From contig JALJEE010000226.1 of assembly GCA_023231475.1 (NCBI GenBank), positions 1 to 64,000 on the forward strand: a stretch of DNA of 64,000 nt. Direction: 5' to 3'. How positions within the stretch are numbered: the stretch's first letter is position 1; each line of letters begins with the position of its first letter. The notes beneath the pieces were generated by a model, which did no database searches, was not told the origin of the DNA, and worked only from the letters and a program-made list of their open reading frames with translations. Made by a program: the position numbers and the translations under genes. Below, one piece after another: positions 26,887 through 40,871 of this stretch. The stretch comes from Seison nebaliae. Its lineage: Eukaryota.

Positions 26887-29176
26887 TTACCAAATGGGAA
26901 TACTTGAGGAAGAAACGGTAAATTTTTTCAATAAAGCCGTATTAGGCAAAATTTCGGATTTCGTCTCTAAATCGTCACTCGTTGGAAAAAGTTTACTAAT
27001 CGATCGGATCCTTTTCTCACTTTCTTCCTTGATCACATAATCGCTATATTCCTTATTACCTCCGACATCGTCATCATCATCGAACGATGCATTATTTGAT
27101 GAACAACATCTAATATTATGACACCATTTCAGTCGATGTTTATTCTCAGATATCGGATGTGGATTTTGGGACTTTCTATCCACTTTCGAAGAAGACCAAC
27201 TATTGAAACTTAAATGTCTTTTAGCGAAAGCGAATGGCGTCATCTTTTCTCAGGAGATTTTATGAGAGTTTATCAAAATTCATCTACTAACACGACTATG
27301 GGCGGTAGAAGAGAAACCTGAATTACTGATATTATGAGATGTAACATTTGTCGACATGTAGGCGCTACTTTTCAATTTGAGACCATTCAGCCAAGTATTC
27401 TTCTTCTCGCAAGGCATTCTTGATAAACACATTTTCACTCGTCTCCTTAAGACCATTCTCACCTGAAGCAATTGAAGAAAAATTGATTTAGGAAGAACAA
27501 GAATTTTAACTTCATAATTCAAGAAACAATAGAGTAGTGCTAAAAAGAATCCTTGGTAAGCTTGAAAGAATTCAACGAATGAACGATAAATGACGAAATT
27601 TTGAATTTGTTTCGGTTGATAAGGAATCAAATGTTGAATGTGTGTCAATCCCAATAACGGTATCAATAAAATTGCCGCTTTTACTGATTTACTAAAGAAT
27701 TGTATCGTTCAATTATATTAATTATAAATTTGAAAATTTTAACCGGAAAGCTAAAACATTTTTGAAACTGTTATTACGTTTCACATCATCTTGCACTAAC
27801 AAATTATCATTTTCGTTCATTTTCAATTTGGTGATTAAAACTTGAATGATTGTGAAGAGAAATACGATGTTGAGCTAATGGAAATAATTATAATTTATTC
27901 AAATATGTCCTCCACTAACCAATAACATTAATAGTCGGGGACCTTCCAGTATCCAATAAACATCCAAATCGTCATAGAAGTGCCAACATCTAATAAGACT
28001 AATGTCATTAATTAAATTGGAATTAATTAATTTCCAACGTACTACTTGTCTGATGATAAATCGTCATAGTAACCACCCAGATAATAACGAAAACTAATGG
28101 AATGCCTTGAGGAAGAGATGGAGAATTGAGAATATAAGAAAAACGAACCCCATCCTATAAAATAGAACCATCTTAAATTGTAACAACCAGATCGAAAGAC
28201 TGACACAGCGAGTACATTATTCAAATAAATTCCTTCACATAACAACCATGAGAATTTGGTGGAAATAAAATAGTTGACTGCGGTTACTGACAAATGACAA
28301 ATAACTGGCTATTATTAGACGATTAGATAAGATAACGAAAATGGTGAAGAAACCATAAAATATAGAGGTCCACTCTCTTCTAAATAATTTGATTTCCTCA
28401 AACTACTGTCTTTCCCAACTTGAATAATTGATGAATTACTTTTTCTCTCTAACATCATACCGGCATTGTGTAAGGAAAAGGAACGTGCTAATCGCAATAT
28501 GGAATAACATAATGTTGCCGTGAATAAGTTAAGATGAATACGAGTTCGATCACATTGTAATTGTCGATTTGATCGGAATATAATAATGGCAATAATCAAA
28601 CTGATTGAGGAAATGATTAATCCAGACACTTCTATCCATTTCAAAGTTGATGCTGCCGATTTTAGACTCTGAAGAAAAATATATTTATTTTAAAAATATA
28701 AAATAGAAATATTGAACTTCATAAGTCATATTACTCCGCTGGTTATAATCACTATGGTAGATACAAGGAGTGTAATTGGTAAATCCTCCTACTAGATCTT
28801 GAATGGAACTTGCAATTCTGGTATCATTTGGCAAGTTATAGAGTAGTACTGAATTCTTCTTGTTAATTCGCATCCAATCACCTCCTTCGTTACAAATGCG
28901 AAAGGAGTAACCGTCTTCTACTGACTTCATCATAGTTTTGGGACATTTACCTCGAATTTCAATTCCTGCCCTCGCCTCCTCCCAACACAACATACCGTCG
29001 GTTGTTGTAGGACATCGATTTCTCCGTTTAGCGTCATCAACTAAACAAATAACATGAAAGATGTGAAGATTATAATAGTAACCGTACAACTTGTAATCCA
29101 AGGCGGTAAGAATGGTCATGGTTAAATTCATGGTAGATAGACAATGTCCCAGAGTAATTGTTGGTGAAGAAGCCAT
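26887..29176 (-). CDS. Pdfr: Class B1 (secretin-like) GPCR, most similar to PDF receptors; at least 10 exons, 5' end unresolved
   Basis: Hormone-binding domain (CPTTTDGMLCW, FTNYTPC), RTRIHLNLF, WLLCEGIYL, LEGPRLL, RKSVKAAILLIPLLG, QGFFLALLYCFLNYEV. Nine GT-AG introns traced. The signal-peptide exon(s) near 29330-29520 could not be joined in frame. Confidence 0.75.
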
Positions 29177-29767
29177 TTTTATTGAGAATTGTATTACTGA
29201 AAAAAAAAAGGAAATTTGGAATGAAAGAATGTTCTATAAAGAATTTCTCTTGAAGAAAATATATATTTAGGCGTAAAGAAAAAAACGGGTGTGAGTTGAG
29301 GTATCAAGAAAAGAAAAATGAAATTCATCTTACATAATCAGAAGCATTTGATGCGAAAGAACGATTTTTATGATTTCTTTTAGAAGGTTCATTTCGTCTA
29401 ATGTCAAATGAAAGTGAGATGGAGAATATTGTTGAGAAGAATGAAAATAGACAAATTGAATTTTAAAGAAGAAGAATTCTAAGAGCAGAAGAGAAGAGCT
29501 AAGAATATCTCTTATCTTCATTTCATCGAATTCTATCAGTTAATTTAACATCCGTTTTCCACTTAAATTTTCTCTTTAAATTTGCTTATCATCCAATTGA
29601 TGGTAGGGAAGAGATATGAAATAAACAAAAAAATTTATTTATTGGGAAGATTTGAGAAAGGAGAAAATATAAAAAAAATTTATTCCATGGAAGTAATTTG
29701 TCTTAATTAAAAGGGAAGAGAAAGATTTTAGCAATGACGGAAACTTATTCACTTCGACGATTATCTA

Positions 29768-29792
29768 TCAATCGTGACGATGATGAACTCGT

Positions 29793-29823
<31 letters not shown>

Positions 29824-31111
29824 TATTATCACTAGAATGACAATTATGGTGCTGTCGTTTCTTCGACGAACTTGAATGTCTTCGGAAAGAAGAGAAGTAA
29901 CGATGACTATGTCGTCGATGAGTGCCGACATTGGTTGAAGCGTCTCTACAAGCCGTTACTTGAGGAATGTTGTTCACATCCTTTTCCAATTGTTGTTTGA
30001 AAAGAGATGAAGCTGATTCGATATCATTTGGTGTCAGTACCGGTTTCTTTTCTGATTTCAAATCGACATAAGACGAATGTAATTTAGTCGAGGATTTATT
30101 CTCCGGTAAAGTCGTTACTTGTGTTGGCGTTTGTATGATCGGAGTTAGTGTTGTTGTTGTTCCTTGTGGTGTCATGGTAATATCGTTCATTCGATCTCTA
30201 ACACGGAAGAAGTTTTTGATATCAGAAATACTTTTATTTAAGGGACCAAGGGTAGCTCGATTAATTGGTTTCTTCAAATAATCTCGTAATCGATCACCTA
30301 AATTCATTTTAGATAAGCCGTTACTCATCAATGTCGACATATCATTCGGGATAGTTTTCGTTCCATTAAATTCGATTATATCATTCGTACAAATTTGTTG
30401 CTCATTCGAATCCGAATAATTTGTCAATGAAACATTCTCCTTACTCATCTCACAATTCTTCACTCGATGAGTGGAGGCTGTTCGACGAACTTCTTGTTCA
30501 TCTAAAATGTGCAACACCTCTCGAAATTCGTCAAGACAATAACTATTATTATCAGATGGTGTTGCATGTCCGAAACGACCTAAAGCTTTAGCAGAACGTC
30601 CTTTTTTCGTTGTTCTATTCTGCTCGAATGATATGGCCAATGAATCGACGGATTTACATGAACTCACCGACAACGATCGAACTGTATGAAAATCATCTTC
30701 TTCTTCCACTTTCGGTTTGATAACCGGTTTCAATAGATTATTCATGACATGTGCCGATCGTACTTGACGATTGGTAGTAGGTGGTCGACTCTTAAGTATT
30801 TGAGATGAAATAAATTGTTGTGATCTGGATTGGTTTGTGAAACTCTTCTCCCCCAAATTGAATGGTGCCACTTTCTCTAAGAAATGATTTGGTTCTTTCG
30901 CATAAGCCGTACTAGTGAAACAATCGACAATGTGTGGTTTAAATTTGTTCTTACGAGCGGCGCAATAATAACCGAACTCTTTCATACATGCTGTACTTGA
31001 TCCGGCTAAATCGACCGAACCCAACGACACCACACTATCCACTGTACTAACACCTCTTTTTCCATGAATTTGCCAATTGAGTTGACAAAGTTTTTTATTA
31101 GTAATACTCAT
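29768..31111 (-). CDS. Uncharacterised 447-aa protein with an R/H-rich basic C-terminus
   Basis: Long open frame in AT-rich DNA; no domain recognised. Confidence 0.7.
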
Positions 31112-31310
31112 CAAATTTTTACATTAAATTGTTCCAAACATTTCAATTTTTATTCAAATTCTTATAATGAATCACCAAGGAAAGGAAAGAAAAAATTAAG
31201 TCGTTCAAATTGAAAATAAGAGGAGGAGAAATATGAAATAAAATTGAATAGAAAAAAACAATTAGAAATCAATTTTTCTTAATTCAATCAAAATTTATCT
31301 TATTTCAAAT

Positions 31311-33507
31311 TTAGACTGAAACACTTCCATCTCGAAAATCACTTTTATCTATCAGCACATTAATTATTGCACTTCGACGATCTTTCCACTTTCCAAACGA
31401 CTCCAACAACTTCTCTTCCACTTCCTCATTTTTCGTAATTATCGTACCGAAAATTTTATATTCGTCAATCTCCTTTGTAATTTTCTCATAGTTTCGATAT
31501 TCCAATCGACAACCAATATCTGATCCCAACATAGGAACTTGTTCTCTCGCTATCTGTGTCCAACAAGCGTCATTGCCAATCACCGCCATAATCGGCAAAG
31601 AGAATTTCGCGAATGTATCGAATTCCATCAGAGAATATCCATAAGAACCATCACCATAAATCACAACTACCTTACAATCTGGTTTAGCCAATTTAGCTCC
31701 TTATATTTTCAAAAAATTAAAATTTTTTTTATTAAATGTAAAATTTTTGAAAACCCAAAGCAAATCCAGCTCCACAACCCAAAGTACCAAACGGTCCTGG
31801 ATCCAGCCAATGTAACGGACTTTTCGGTTTAACGATATAAGAAGCAGATGCAACAAAATCACCACCATCAACAATCAGAATAGTCTCCTCGTCAATATGA
31901 TCCTCCAATCGATTAAGAAGAAATAAAGGATTTGTATATTTCTCCGATTTCTTATCAATTTTTTTTCTAATTTAAATTTGAAAAATAAAAAAATTTCTGA
32001 AATTTTCCATTAAAGAAAATTAACTGAATATTCTCTTTCTTTTCCCTTTGTAATTCAGTTAGATAATTCATCCAATTCTTGTCAATTGTCAATTTTTCTC
32101 CATACGATTGGAGATCTATGAGTAATTTACCAGAATCAGCAATTACTGAATAAAACGGTTTCCAAAACATATCAGAATTCTTCAATTATAAGTCTTAATT
32201 TTTTTTCTTTCTCTTAATCTAACTTGTAATAATTGTTCACGATCTTTATTTATGGAAATAATTTTCGATTTCTTCGAGAAGACTCTTCCGTATTTTAATC
32301 GGAAATCACACACAGTTCCTAACAGAACGATCACATCAGCCTCTTTCAAAACTTTCGATCTCTCAAATTTCATAAGAATCTTGGAAGATGAATGAAGTAA
32401 TCCTCTTGCCATTCCACTGAGAAAACAAGGAATGCCCAATTTCTAGTTGAATTTTAAAAAATTTGTTTTTTTCAACAATTTTCAAAAAAAAAAGAACTTC
32501 CAAAGTTCCACGTAAAAGTTGTACGTCAACATTTTGCATAATCTGACTTCCGATAATTAACACAGGTTTCTTCGACGACTGTAAAAGTGAATCGATTAAT
32601 TTTACTAACAGAATTGTAAGAAAAATAATTAAGAAAATATTCAAAAATTTCAGAAAAAAATTAGAACCATCTTTTGATTTATGTGATGGAATATCGATGG
32701 ATAATGGCATCCGTCCGGTCACATCCACATCGAATGCTCCGGCGAAAACTTTGAAAATATAATAATCCAAATACAAGTTTTTGATAGTTGAAAAAATGGA
32801 TTTTTTCTTCAATTTCTCACCACCCAATTCTTTGGTGATTATGGAAATTTCATATAATAAATCGATCGGTATTTCTATCACTACTGGTCCCGGTCTACCA
32901 GATCGAGCAACTCGAATACCATTCTCAATAACATGAGGAATGTTTCTAATAGAATTAATAGTAAAACAATCCTTACATGCCGATCGACATAAATTCAATT
33001 GTTCAATATCTTGTAAAGAACCTCGTCCTTTCAATAGAGTGGCAGCGGCTCCTGTTATCACCAAAATGGGCGATTCTGCCATTTGTGCATTTTTCAATGC
33101 AGTAATCGTATTAGTAAATCCAGGACCAGCTGTAACACAAGCTACTCCAATATTTTGATTTAATCGTGCCATTGCATCAGCAGCAAAAACCGCCGTCGCT
33201 TCATGTCTGGTGTCGATGATTTTTATATTCAATTTTTCCGCCGCCACAATAATCGGAGAAATATGACCACCAGGTAACGTGAAAATATGATGGACATTAT
33301 GATTCTTAATTGTTCTAATAAATTGTATGGAGATTTTTATAAAATGGAAACTTTCAATATTTGTGCAACAATCTCACCACCATGATGTCGACTTTTATGA
33401 TCTACTCGTAGGAAGAATATGTTGAAGAAATTCACACTGATCAAACCAATCACCACGAGAGATATTAGTAGAATTATTACGAGAAGGATTAATTGGAATT
33501 CGATCAT
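31311..33507 (-). CDS. ILVBL: Acetolactate synthase-like protein / 2-hydroxyacyl-CoA lyase 2, 7 exons
   Basis: N-terminal [66 protein letters not shown]. Six introns restore a single frame. Confidence 0.92.
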
Positions 33508-33597
33508 TCTCTTTGAAAAGTAAAAAGAAGAAATCTGTACAGGAAAAATTTATAAGAAAGTTTAAAAAACGAAAAGGATTTTTTTTATATAAAAAAT

Positions 33598-34425
33598 TTA
33601 TAAAGTTTTTTTTACAAAATTATTAGTAACGAGATGATGAATTATTTGTAGTAGTTGATTTCTTTCTTTTCTAATTTCTGGTGCTAACACCATCTCGATA
33701 ATGGAAGGTTTATTTCGATGGTTTCCTATCAGATCAACATCGGCGAAAGAAGAAAATCGTTTAATATCAGAAAATGATTTCTTTCTCAAATAATTTGCTT
33801 TCCTTTCATTTCCAATTAATTTGAGTAGACCGTGTGAATCGATTTCTTCAAATTTAAATAAACTTTCACTTTCTTCCTTTTTTATTTCTTCTTCTTTTCT
33901 CAATTTTTTATTTTCTTTTAATTTTTCTTCTTCATCAGAAAATGATATTTCTCCTTCTTCTTTTTCTTCTTTTATTTTCTCTTTAATTTCTTTATTAAAT
34001 AAATCATCTTCATCTTTTTCTTCTTCTTCTTCTTCTTCATCGGAATAATTTGATAAGAATTGTGTTAACGGATTTGTATTTATCTGATACTGTGCAAATG
34101 TTGTGCACTGTTTTCTTTCTTGTCTTTTTCTTGTAGGGAAATTCTTCTTTCTTTCTTCAATCCATTTCTCAATATCTTCTTTTGATTCATTCAATTTTGG
34201 AATTCGACTCTTGTCAATATTGAGATGGAAGGACATTACATGAATAGACAATTCCTTCTCGTCATCACACTCGAATTCACATGACTCAAATTCACATTGA
34301 ACTTTCTTAATTGATTTTAATGACGTCAGTTCTCTCGTGTTCTTCTTTGGCTGAAATTGATAAGATGGAAAAAAATTTCGAGATAACATCTTCTCTCCAA
34401 TTTCCAAAGAGGACAAGCTACTCAT
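33598..34425 (-). CDS. NUFIP1: NUFIP1/Rsa1-like snoRNP assembly factor
   Basis: C2H2-like finger, EDIEKWIEERKKNFPT motif, C-terminal LAPEIRKERNQLLQ...NNF. Confidence 0.8.
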   Translation of the reverse strand: MSSLSSLEIGEKMLSRNFFPSYQFQPKKNTRELTSLKSIKKVQCEFESCEFECDDEKELSIHVMSFHLNIDKSRIPKLNESKEDIEKWIEERKKNFPTRKRQERKQCTTFAQYQINTNPLTQFLSNYSDEEEEEEEKDEDDLFNKEIKEKIKEEKEEGEISFSDEEEKLKENKKLRKEEEIKKEESESLFKFEEIDSHGLLKLIGNERKANYLRKKSFSDIKRFSSFADVDLIGNHRNKPSIIEMVLAPEIRKERNQLLQIIHHLVTNNFVKKTL

Positions 34426-34847
34426 TTAGACTATGAACTAAAAACCATGATTTTTAGGAAAGAACCATCAAATCTTTAAAATTATGGGAAAAAATCATAG
34501 TTGTTTCGTCCCGTCTCCAAAACACTTCCTGTCCATTATTTTTCCGATCTGATCTAACGATGATGGAAATTTGAATAATAATTATTTTATATGTCAATTG
34601 AAAACCATATTATCAGGAATTCATAAACATTTATCATACTCAAACAGTTGTAAAAGTTGGGTGTCGAAGAGTCGGTGTACTCATGTTTACTCTTTTTAAA
34701 CGTAAAGTAAATAAAAAATCAGTCATCGAACAATTTTATTTATTAAGTGAATTAGGAAAGATAGAAAGAATTTATAGGCAGAGTAAATAATAGGGAACAT
34801 ACTGATAGTTTTTTGTTTGTTTTTTTTTGAAAATTCTAAATGATCCA

Positions 34848-37800
34848 ATGATTTCAATCAATTACTCCCTGTTCTTACTTGCACTGATTGCTTCATGGAA
34901 TTCTTTAATCCAATCTCAAAGTTTAGAAAATTTAATTTCTGTTTGACAATTTCTTTCATTCTCTCTTTAGAGGTTCCTTGGGCCAGAACGTTGTATCCCT
35001 ACGGGAAAGGCTACGGAGATTTGGAGACGACATTGGACAGAAATGGTGGTTCTCCTAAATTCAAATTGCCGTTCAATGTTACATTCATGGGACATCGTTT
35101 TAATTATACTTGGATCGGTAACAGTGGAATAATGGGATTCCAAAAAGAAATTAAAATGTTTAAAACTCATACATGGCCTGCGCCGAAATACCCTGCACAA
35201 GATGATCCCATATTTCTTACTGCATTTTATATGCCCATCGATTTGGCAAATGACCGAGAGTATCCTGGTGCATCCAACGATCCTATTGCTATTAACGAAG
35301 ACAAAGGTCGAGTACTTTATAGGTTAGTTTATTATTGGATGGAATAAATTATTGGAAAATTTGAAGGAATATATCTCGGATGGATCTATTCAAAGGATAT
35401 GATGAAGAGTCTCGTGTCAGATATAACTATTCGATAACTTTCCTAAATATGGTACAATCTCATATTCGTAAATCTGTTGCTAGTGCGGAAGAATTTGTAG
35501 CGAGTCATGCCGTTATTGCAACTTATGGTAACATCACATTTGATGGAATCGATTCAGATCTCCCATTCAATCAACGACCAGTTAGACTAGAAAAAAACAC
35601 TTAAAAATAAAACTTGATTTCTTTAGCGTAATACATTCCAAATCGTTCTGGCCACCGATAGTAACATGACATTTGCCATCTTTAATTACGAAAAGATTGT
35701 TTGGGATTCAGCACCAACATTTGGCGCTAATTTTCGGACAGGCACAAAAGGAAAGAAAGAAGCTTTAGTTAGTATTTAGCGAAGTGCATTGAAGAAATAC
35801 AAAATGTTTCAGATCGGCTTCAATCGAGGAAACGGTACGTTATGGGTACCAATGGAACCATGGTCTCGTAGCAGATTCACCAAAAGTGTCGCCGAAGGTT
35901 CGAACGTCAATTTTCCAGGGAGATATATCTTCCGTGTGGATGAATGGATTCAACCTGGTGGTTGTATGGAAGGTGCGACGTCGGGAGAATTGCATATGTG
36001 GCCACTATTTGGAAACATGTTAGGTGGTAGTGAGGTGAATATTACTGGTCCATGTTTCAATCAAGTGAGAAAGTTGTTGTGCAAAGTTTGAGCATTTTAT
36101 TATACCATCTTCATTATCATCTGGTATTTAGTGGGGAGATGATCGTAATGCCCCTGTTACAGCTGGAGAAGTCCGATCATCACTGAGAGCTCGATGTGTC
36201 TCACCCACATTATTTTTCCAAGGTCGCTTAAATTTATCGATTTCGATGGATGAAGGTAGAACATATACTTGGAATGCAATTTATACGATTGGTAAAATTT
36301 CTTATAATTTCAATAAATTCCTGACTTTTATTATCATTTAGTTGATGCATTGAAATATCCGAGCAAAATTCAATTAGGTGATATTGATGAATGGCATAGT
36401 AAGGGAACAATCGCTGAAAGGTTACCAATCAGATGGAATCGATACGATCTCAGTTGGAGTGAATCACATAAGGTCGATATCCATCTCTGGGGCTATTATG
36501 AAGGAAAAGTTGGACCGGTATTGCAACCAGTTCAACTGATTGCAGATAATACTTGGAATGATGGAATATATCAGATTCCCGTACGGTATAACCGTGCAAA
36601 AATACTTTGGATAGCTAAACGATTTAAAATGGGAGCTATTTCTGTCAGCTTAAAATCTGGTGGTACCGAAATCCCCAGGTTTAATTCCGTTTAATCTTCA
36701 TTCTCACTAAAATTTGATCGGATAGACGGATTTGGTCACCGTTAATGCCGTTGGGTTGGTGGAGAAATGAGGAAATGGAAATATATTTCGATAAGCAAAG
36801 TCGAGTTTTAGGAAATGCGCGTGGGAAACATTGGGGTGAAGATCAATGTAGATGGTGACTTTAATCGTACAAATTACTAATCTCCTCCCAATGACTTTTT
36901 TAGGTGGCATGAATATGAAAGATTTGATAGAGTTTGGATGGATGAATTACCGAGATGTCCATGTACAATGGCATTCGCTATCGGCGATGCTGGTAGATGG
37001 ATGTCAGATTCAGAATGTAATTTAGATCGAGGTCCATATGACACAAGTAATTGTAAATATCATCGTTCCTCCACATCCAATGCAAATACAAATGATTTCG
37101 AAGCTGTACATTGTGTCATAAGTACAAAGAATACGGTGGAGGCGGCAGGCTCAAAATGTTGTTATAATTCCAAAGGAAATCTACTTTATACAAATGACAC
37201 ATATTACGGTTCTAATTCAGCGAGAGTTCATCCAAATGGTTTTATTTCATATTATTTTATAAAGTTTTCATCCAAATCTTACAGGAATGTCTCCTTATAA
37301 TAGGAATCGAGCAGTACCGTCACTCTCCCATTATCTCCATGATAAGATGCATTATTTCGAATGTTGTGTCTGGAGTGATATGTGCGAATCTTATCTATAT
37401 CTCCGAGAAACTAGAGATTGTCGCGGCTATTTACATCCACGAGTAGCGGGAGTATATGGAGATCCACATTTTGTCACTTTTGACAATTTAAGATACATGT
37501 TCAATGGAAAAGGCGAATTCTATCTAATGCGATCTACTAGAGATAAATTTAACTTACAAGGTCGATTTGAACAGCCACCAAATACAACAAGTTCTCAATT
37601 TCTTCCAATAATTTCAATTTAAATTTGTTCTAAATTAGCTCATCTTTATAGTAGTGGTGGACAAGTGAATGTTACTCGAATAACTGCAATTGCCATGGAG
37701 GAATTGGGTAGTGATAGAATAGAAGTTAGAGCGAGAATTTGGCCTTCTCAAACCTGGCAATTCACTTGCGACTTGTATGTAAATGGCGAACAACAATGGT

Positions 37801-39319
37801 TGAATTCAACAGAAGAGAAAGTGCAATTTTTCCGAAGTTATTATCATTTTCATTATTATTAATTTTTATTTTCTCTTCATTCCCCCATTTTTCAGACGTA
37901 ACAATTACGAGTCCTGTGACGGATCTCTATTTTAGTAATATGACGATTATAATGAATAATTCTCAAGTTGGTGTTAATGTGGCTTGTAAGAATGGATTGA
38001 TACATTTACTGGTTTCTGCACCGCCAACACTTTTTGTTAGTCGTCCTTTTGTTTTTCATAATTTAATTTATTATTTCAGAAAGAAACGACTGGTCTATTG
38101 GGGCATTGGAGTAATTTGACAGATGATGATTTAACCACACCAGATGGTGGTCATTTTCAAATAACATCAAATACGAAAGAAATTCATAAATATTTTGGAA
38201 TGTTATGTTAGATCTTTTATTTATTTATTTTTATCCTCATAATTTATGGAATTTGCAGGGCGAGTAGAAATGGCAACAGATTCCATATTTTATTATTCCG
38301 GTTCCTTAAGATTCGACGCTTTCCATGACATGAAACCGGATACGATAAGTTGGAAAAAGTTTTGGCCATGGTTCAAGTTGTCAGATGTTCCATTCCCTTC
38401 CAATATTTCTTTCACGTTATTTTTTGTCCCTTTATCAATTAATTCAATTTTTATCTCTCTCAGTTCTGGTGATGTTGATGCTGTATGTGGTTCAATAGAA
38501 CCATGTAAATATGATGCAACTGCAATGGGCTCGTTGGAAATCGGAGCTGCTACAAGAGAAGCATACATTTACTATGGTAATTTAAAATTAGCTATGAAAC
38601 CAAGTTTAAACTCAAAAGAATTTAAACTCAGATGGAATTTTAAAAATTTCTCATTTTAGCCAATTCATGTGGAATTATGATGATTCGGGGAGCGATACGT
38701 CAAACTAACAGTTATTTGGCTGGACAAACTATGCGAGTGTCATGTAAAAGAGGATACACTTTATTGGGATGGCCGCAATACTATTGTAATTGGAATGCTT
38801 CCTGGTTGCCAACTAACAACCAATGGCTCGCTAAATTTAGAGATTGGCCGAGATGTGAACGTGAAATTTTCTTTATTTTTATATAATTCATAATTTTCGT
38901 TTCAATAGATTATCATGTCACTGCCATCAAATGGACAGGAATTTCAGTAGGTATTTTATACGTTATAGCAGCAATATGTGCTGGCGCTTTCACCATTTAT
39001 AAAGGTCGTCAAGAAACCGATTATGAATTGTTTTCATTTTGTTTGAAAGAGATGTTTAAAAAAGAGTAAAATAATTTTAGAGATGAAGATGAACTTGATG
39101 ATCTGGACAAACGGGAATACAGTTAATCATTATTCATATAAATATTTATCCGAAATATTTTTATTAGCAATAGATAACGATTATCCTCCAGATGGAAAAC
39201 TGGGTGGAGAAATGATGAGTGATCCAGATCCAATGAGGATGATGATATCAGAAGGTAATATACCGAATTCGGAATTCACCGCAATCACTGGACGAACAGG
39301 AGAAGAGAATGTTGTTTAA
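34848..39319 (+). CDS. mesh: Mesh/SUSD2-like type I membrane protein (NIDO, IPT, AMOP, vWD, sushi, TM), 19 exons
   Basis: Signal peptide from ATG 34848, LYPYG, RNTFQIVLATD, GSNV..PGRY.FRVD, LPRCPCT (AMOP), YGDPHFVTFD (vWD), sushi cysteines, TM near 38930-39000. Eighteen short introns traced. Confidence 0.88.
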
Positions 39320-39770
39320 TTCCGATTTACTCTCACTTTGAAAAAATTTTGTTAAAATGTTTTCGATGAATTTTCTATTAATACCAATAAATGTAAATAA
39401 AATAAAATTTCTGTATGAACAATTCTTATTATCAATATATAGTCTAACTATTGTATAACTGTAACATAATCACGATCTTAAGAATTCAATTTAATTTTTA
39501 TCCAATTTTTTTAGTTTTCTATTTATCATAAGAATATAATAAATATTACAATAATTGATGAGATGTAGGAAGTATTTATTGTTTTAAATTGGTAAGTAGA
39601 ACATTCTTCAAATATTTAAATTCAGAACAAATGTGAACGGTTTTAATGATAAAGTTATTGAGTATTATAGCGCGCAAATTTCCTTCATCTTTCCACAATT
39701 AACAAGAACATTTTATAAAAATAATAATAAGATCAATTCAAAGATATTTCAGTTAGTTCTAGTATTCAAA

Positions 39771-40659
39771 ATGACAGAATTAAGAAACGAATTGTTGGAT
39801 ATCATCGTCCGAAATAAACAGAAGTTCTATCCTGATGAGCAGGAGGTTAAGGAGGAATGTTCGAATGAAAACTCAGCAAAACTGGATCTGGAATTTCCAA
39901 TGTCTGTTGATTACATTAAAGAGAGAATTTTTCATACAGACGTCGATCCCAAACAATTACGATCTGACAAGATTTTGAAGGAAGTGGAAGAGAAGTTGAA
40001 GGAGCAAAAAGAAAAATTAATCGATTCACTTCACAGTTTCGCCGATGTCGAACGAAAGAAAATTGAAGACGCTTATTCTCTAAAATTATGGCAACTCATC
40101 TCTCACTATGAGAATGTGGTTAAGATTGTTGAATATTTTCCCACTCTCTTCAAATTCTTTTTAGGTGCACCATAAAACGAATGATGTCGTATCAAAAAGT
40201 CGATATTTGTATAATTCGTTGAATCGAACTCTTCGTCAGAATAAGAGCGATTTATTGAAAAAAGTAAATAAATGGAGTTTATCACGAAAGTTGTCTGGAT
40301 ATAAAACGACTGATATTATTCTCCATAAAACTAAAGAAGAAATTTCACTAAATAAATTGTACAGAAATCCGGCGGAAATCGATATCGATCCAGTGGAATC
40401 GACGGAAAGTGAACTTCGACAAGAAGTAGAAGAATTGAAACCGAATTTCATCGAAGATCTCGTAGATAGTTCTTGTGGTGATCATCGATATGTGATCGTG
40501 GCACCACAGAATTATGTGTCACCACATTTTCCGTCAATAGACGATGAAACGGATAGTGAAGAATCGCATCAAATTTCCATTGGAATCAACAATACAGTGG
40601 AAGATATAATTGATAAAGTAACTGGACAAGCGATTGGAACGAAAGTTATGGAGGAATAA
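39771..40659 (+). CDS. Uncharacterised protein with a coiled-coil-like segment, 2 exons
   Basis: Two overlapping ORFs joined in frame by intron 40119-40164. Confidence 0.65.
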
Positions 40660-40871
40660 TTTTAATGATAATTAATCAATTGATTTTAATTGAAATTTTT
40701 AAGAGAAAAAAGAGAATTTGATTACAGATAAGTTTATTAATTGAATGAATTTTATAAAACGATTATTTTAAAGAATAAATAAAATAAAGTTCAATGTTGA
40801 GATGATGAATGAGCAAGATGAATTATCGAAATCAATAATGTTGACATCGTCTAATATATATCGATAATCGT

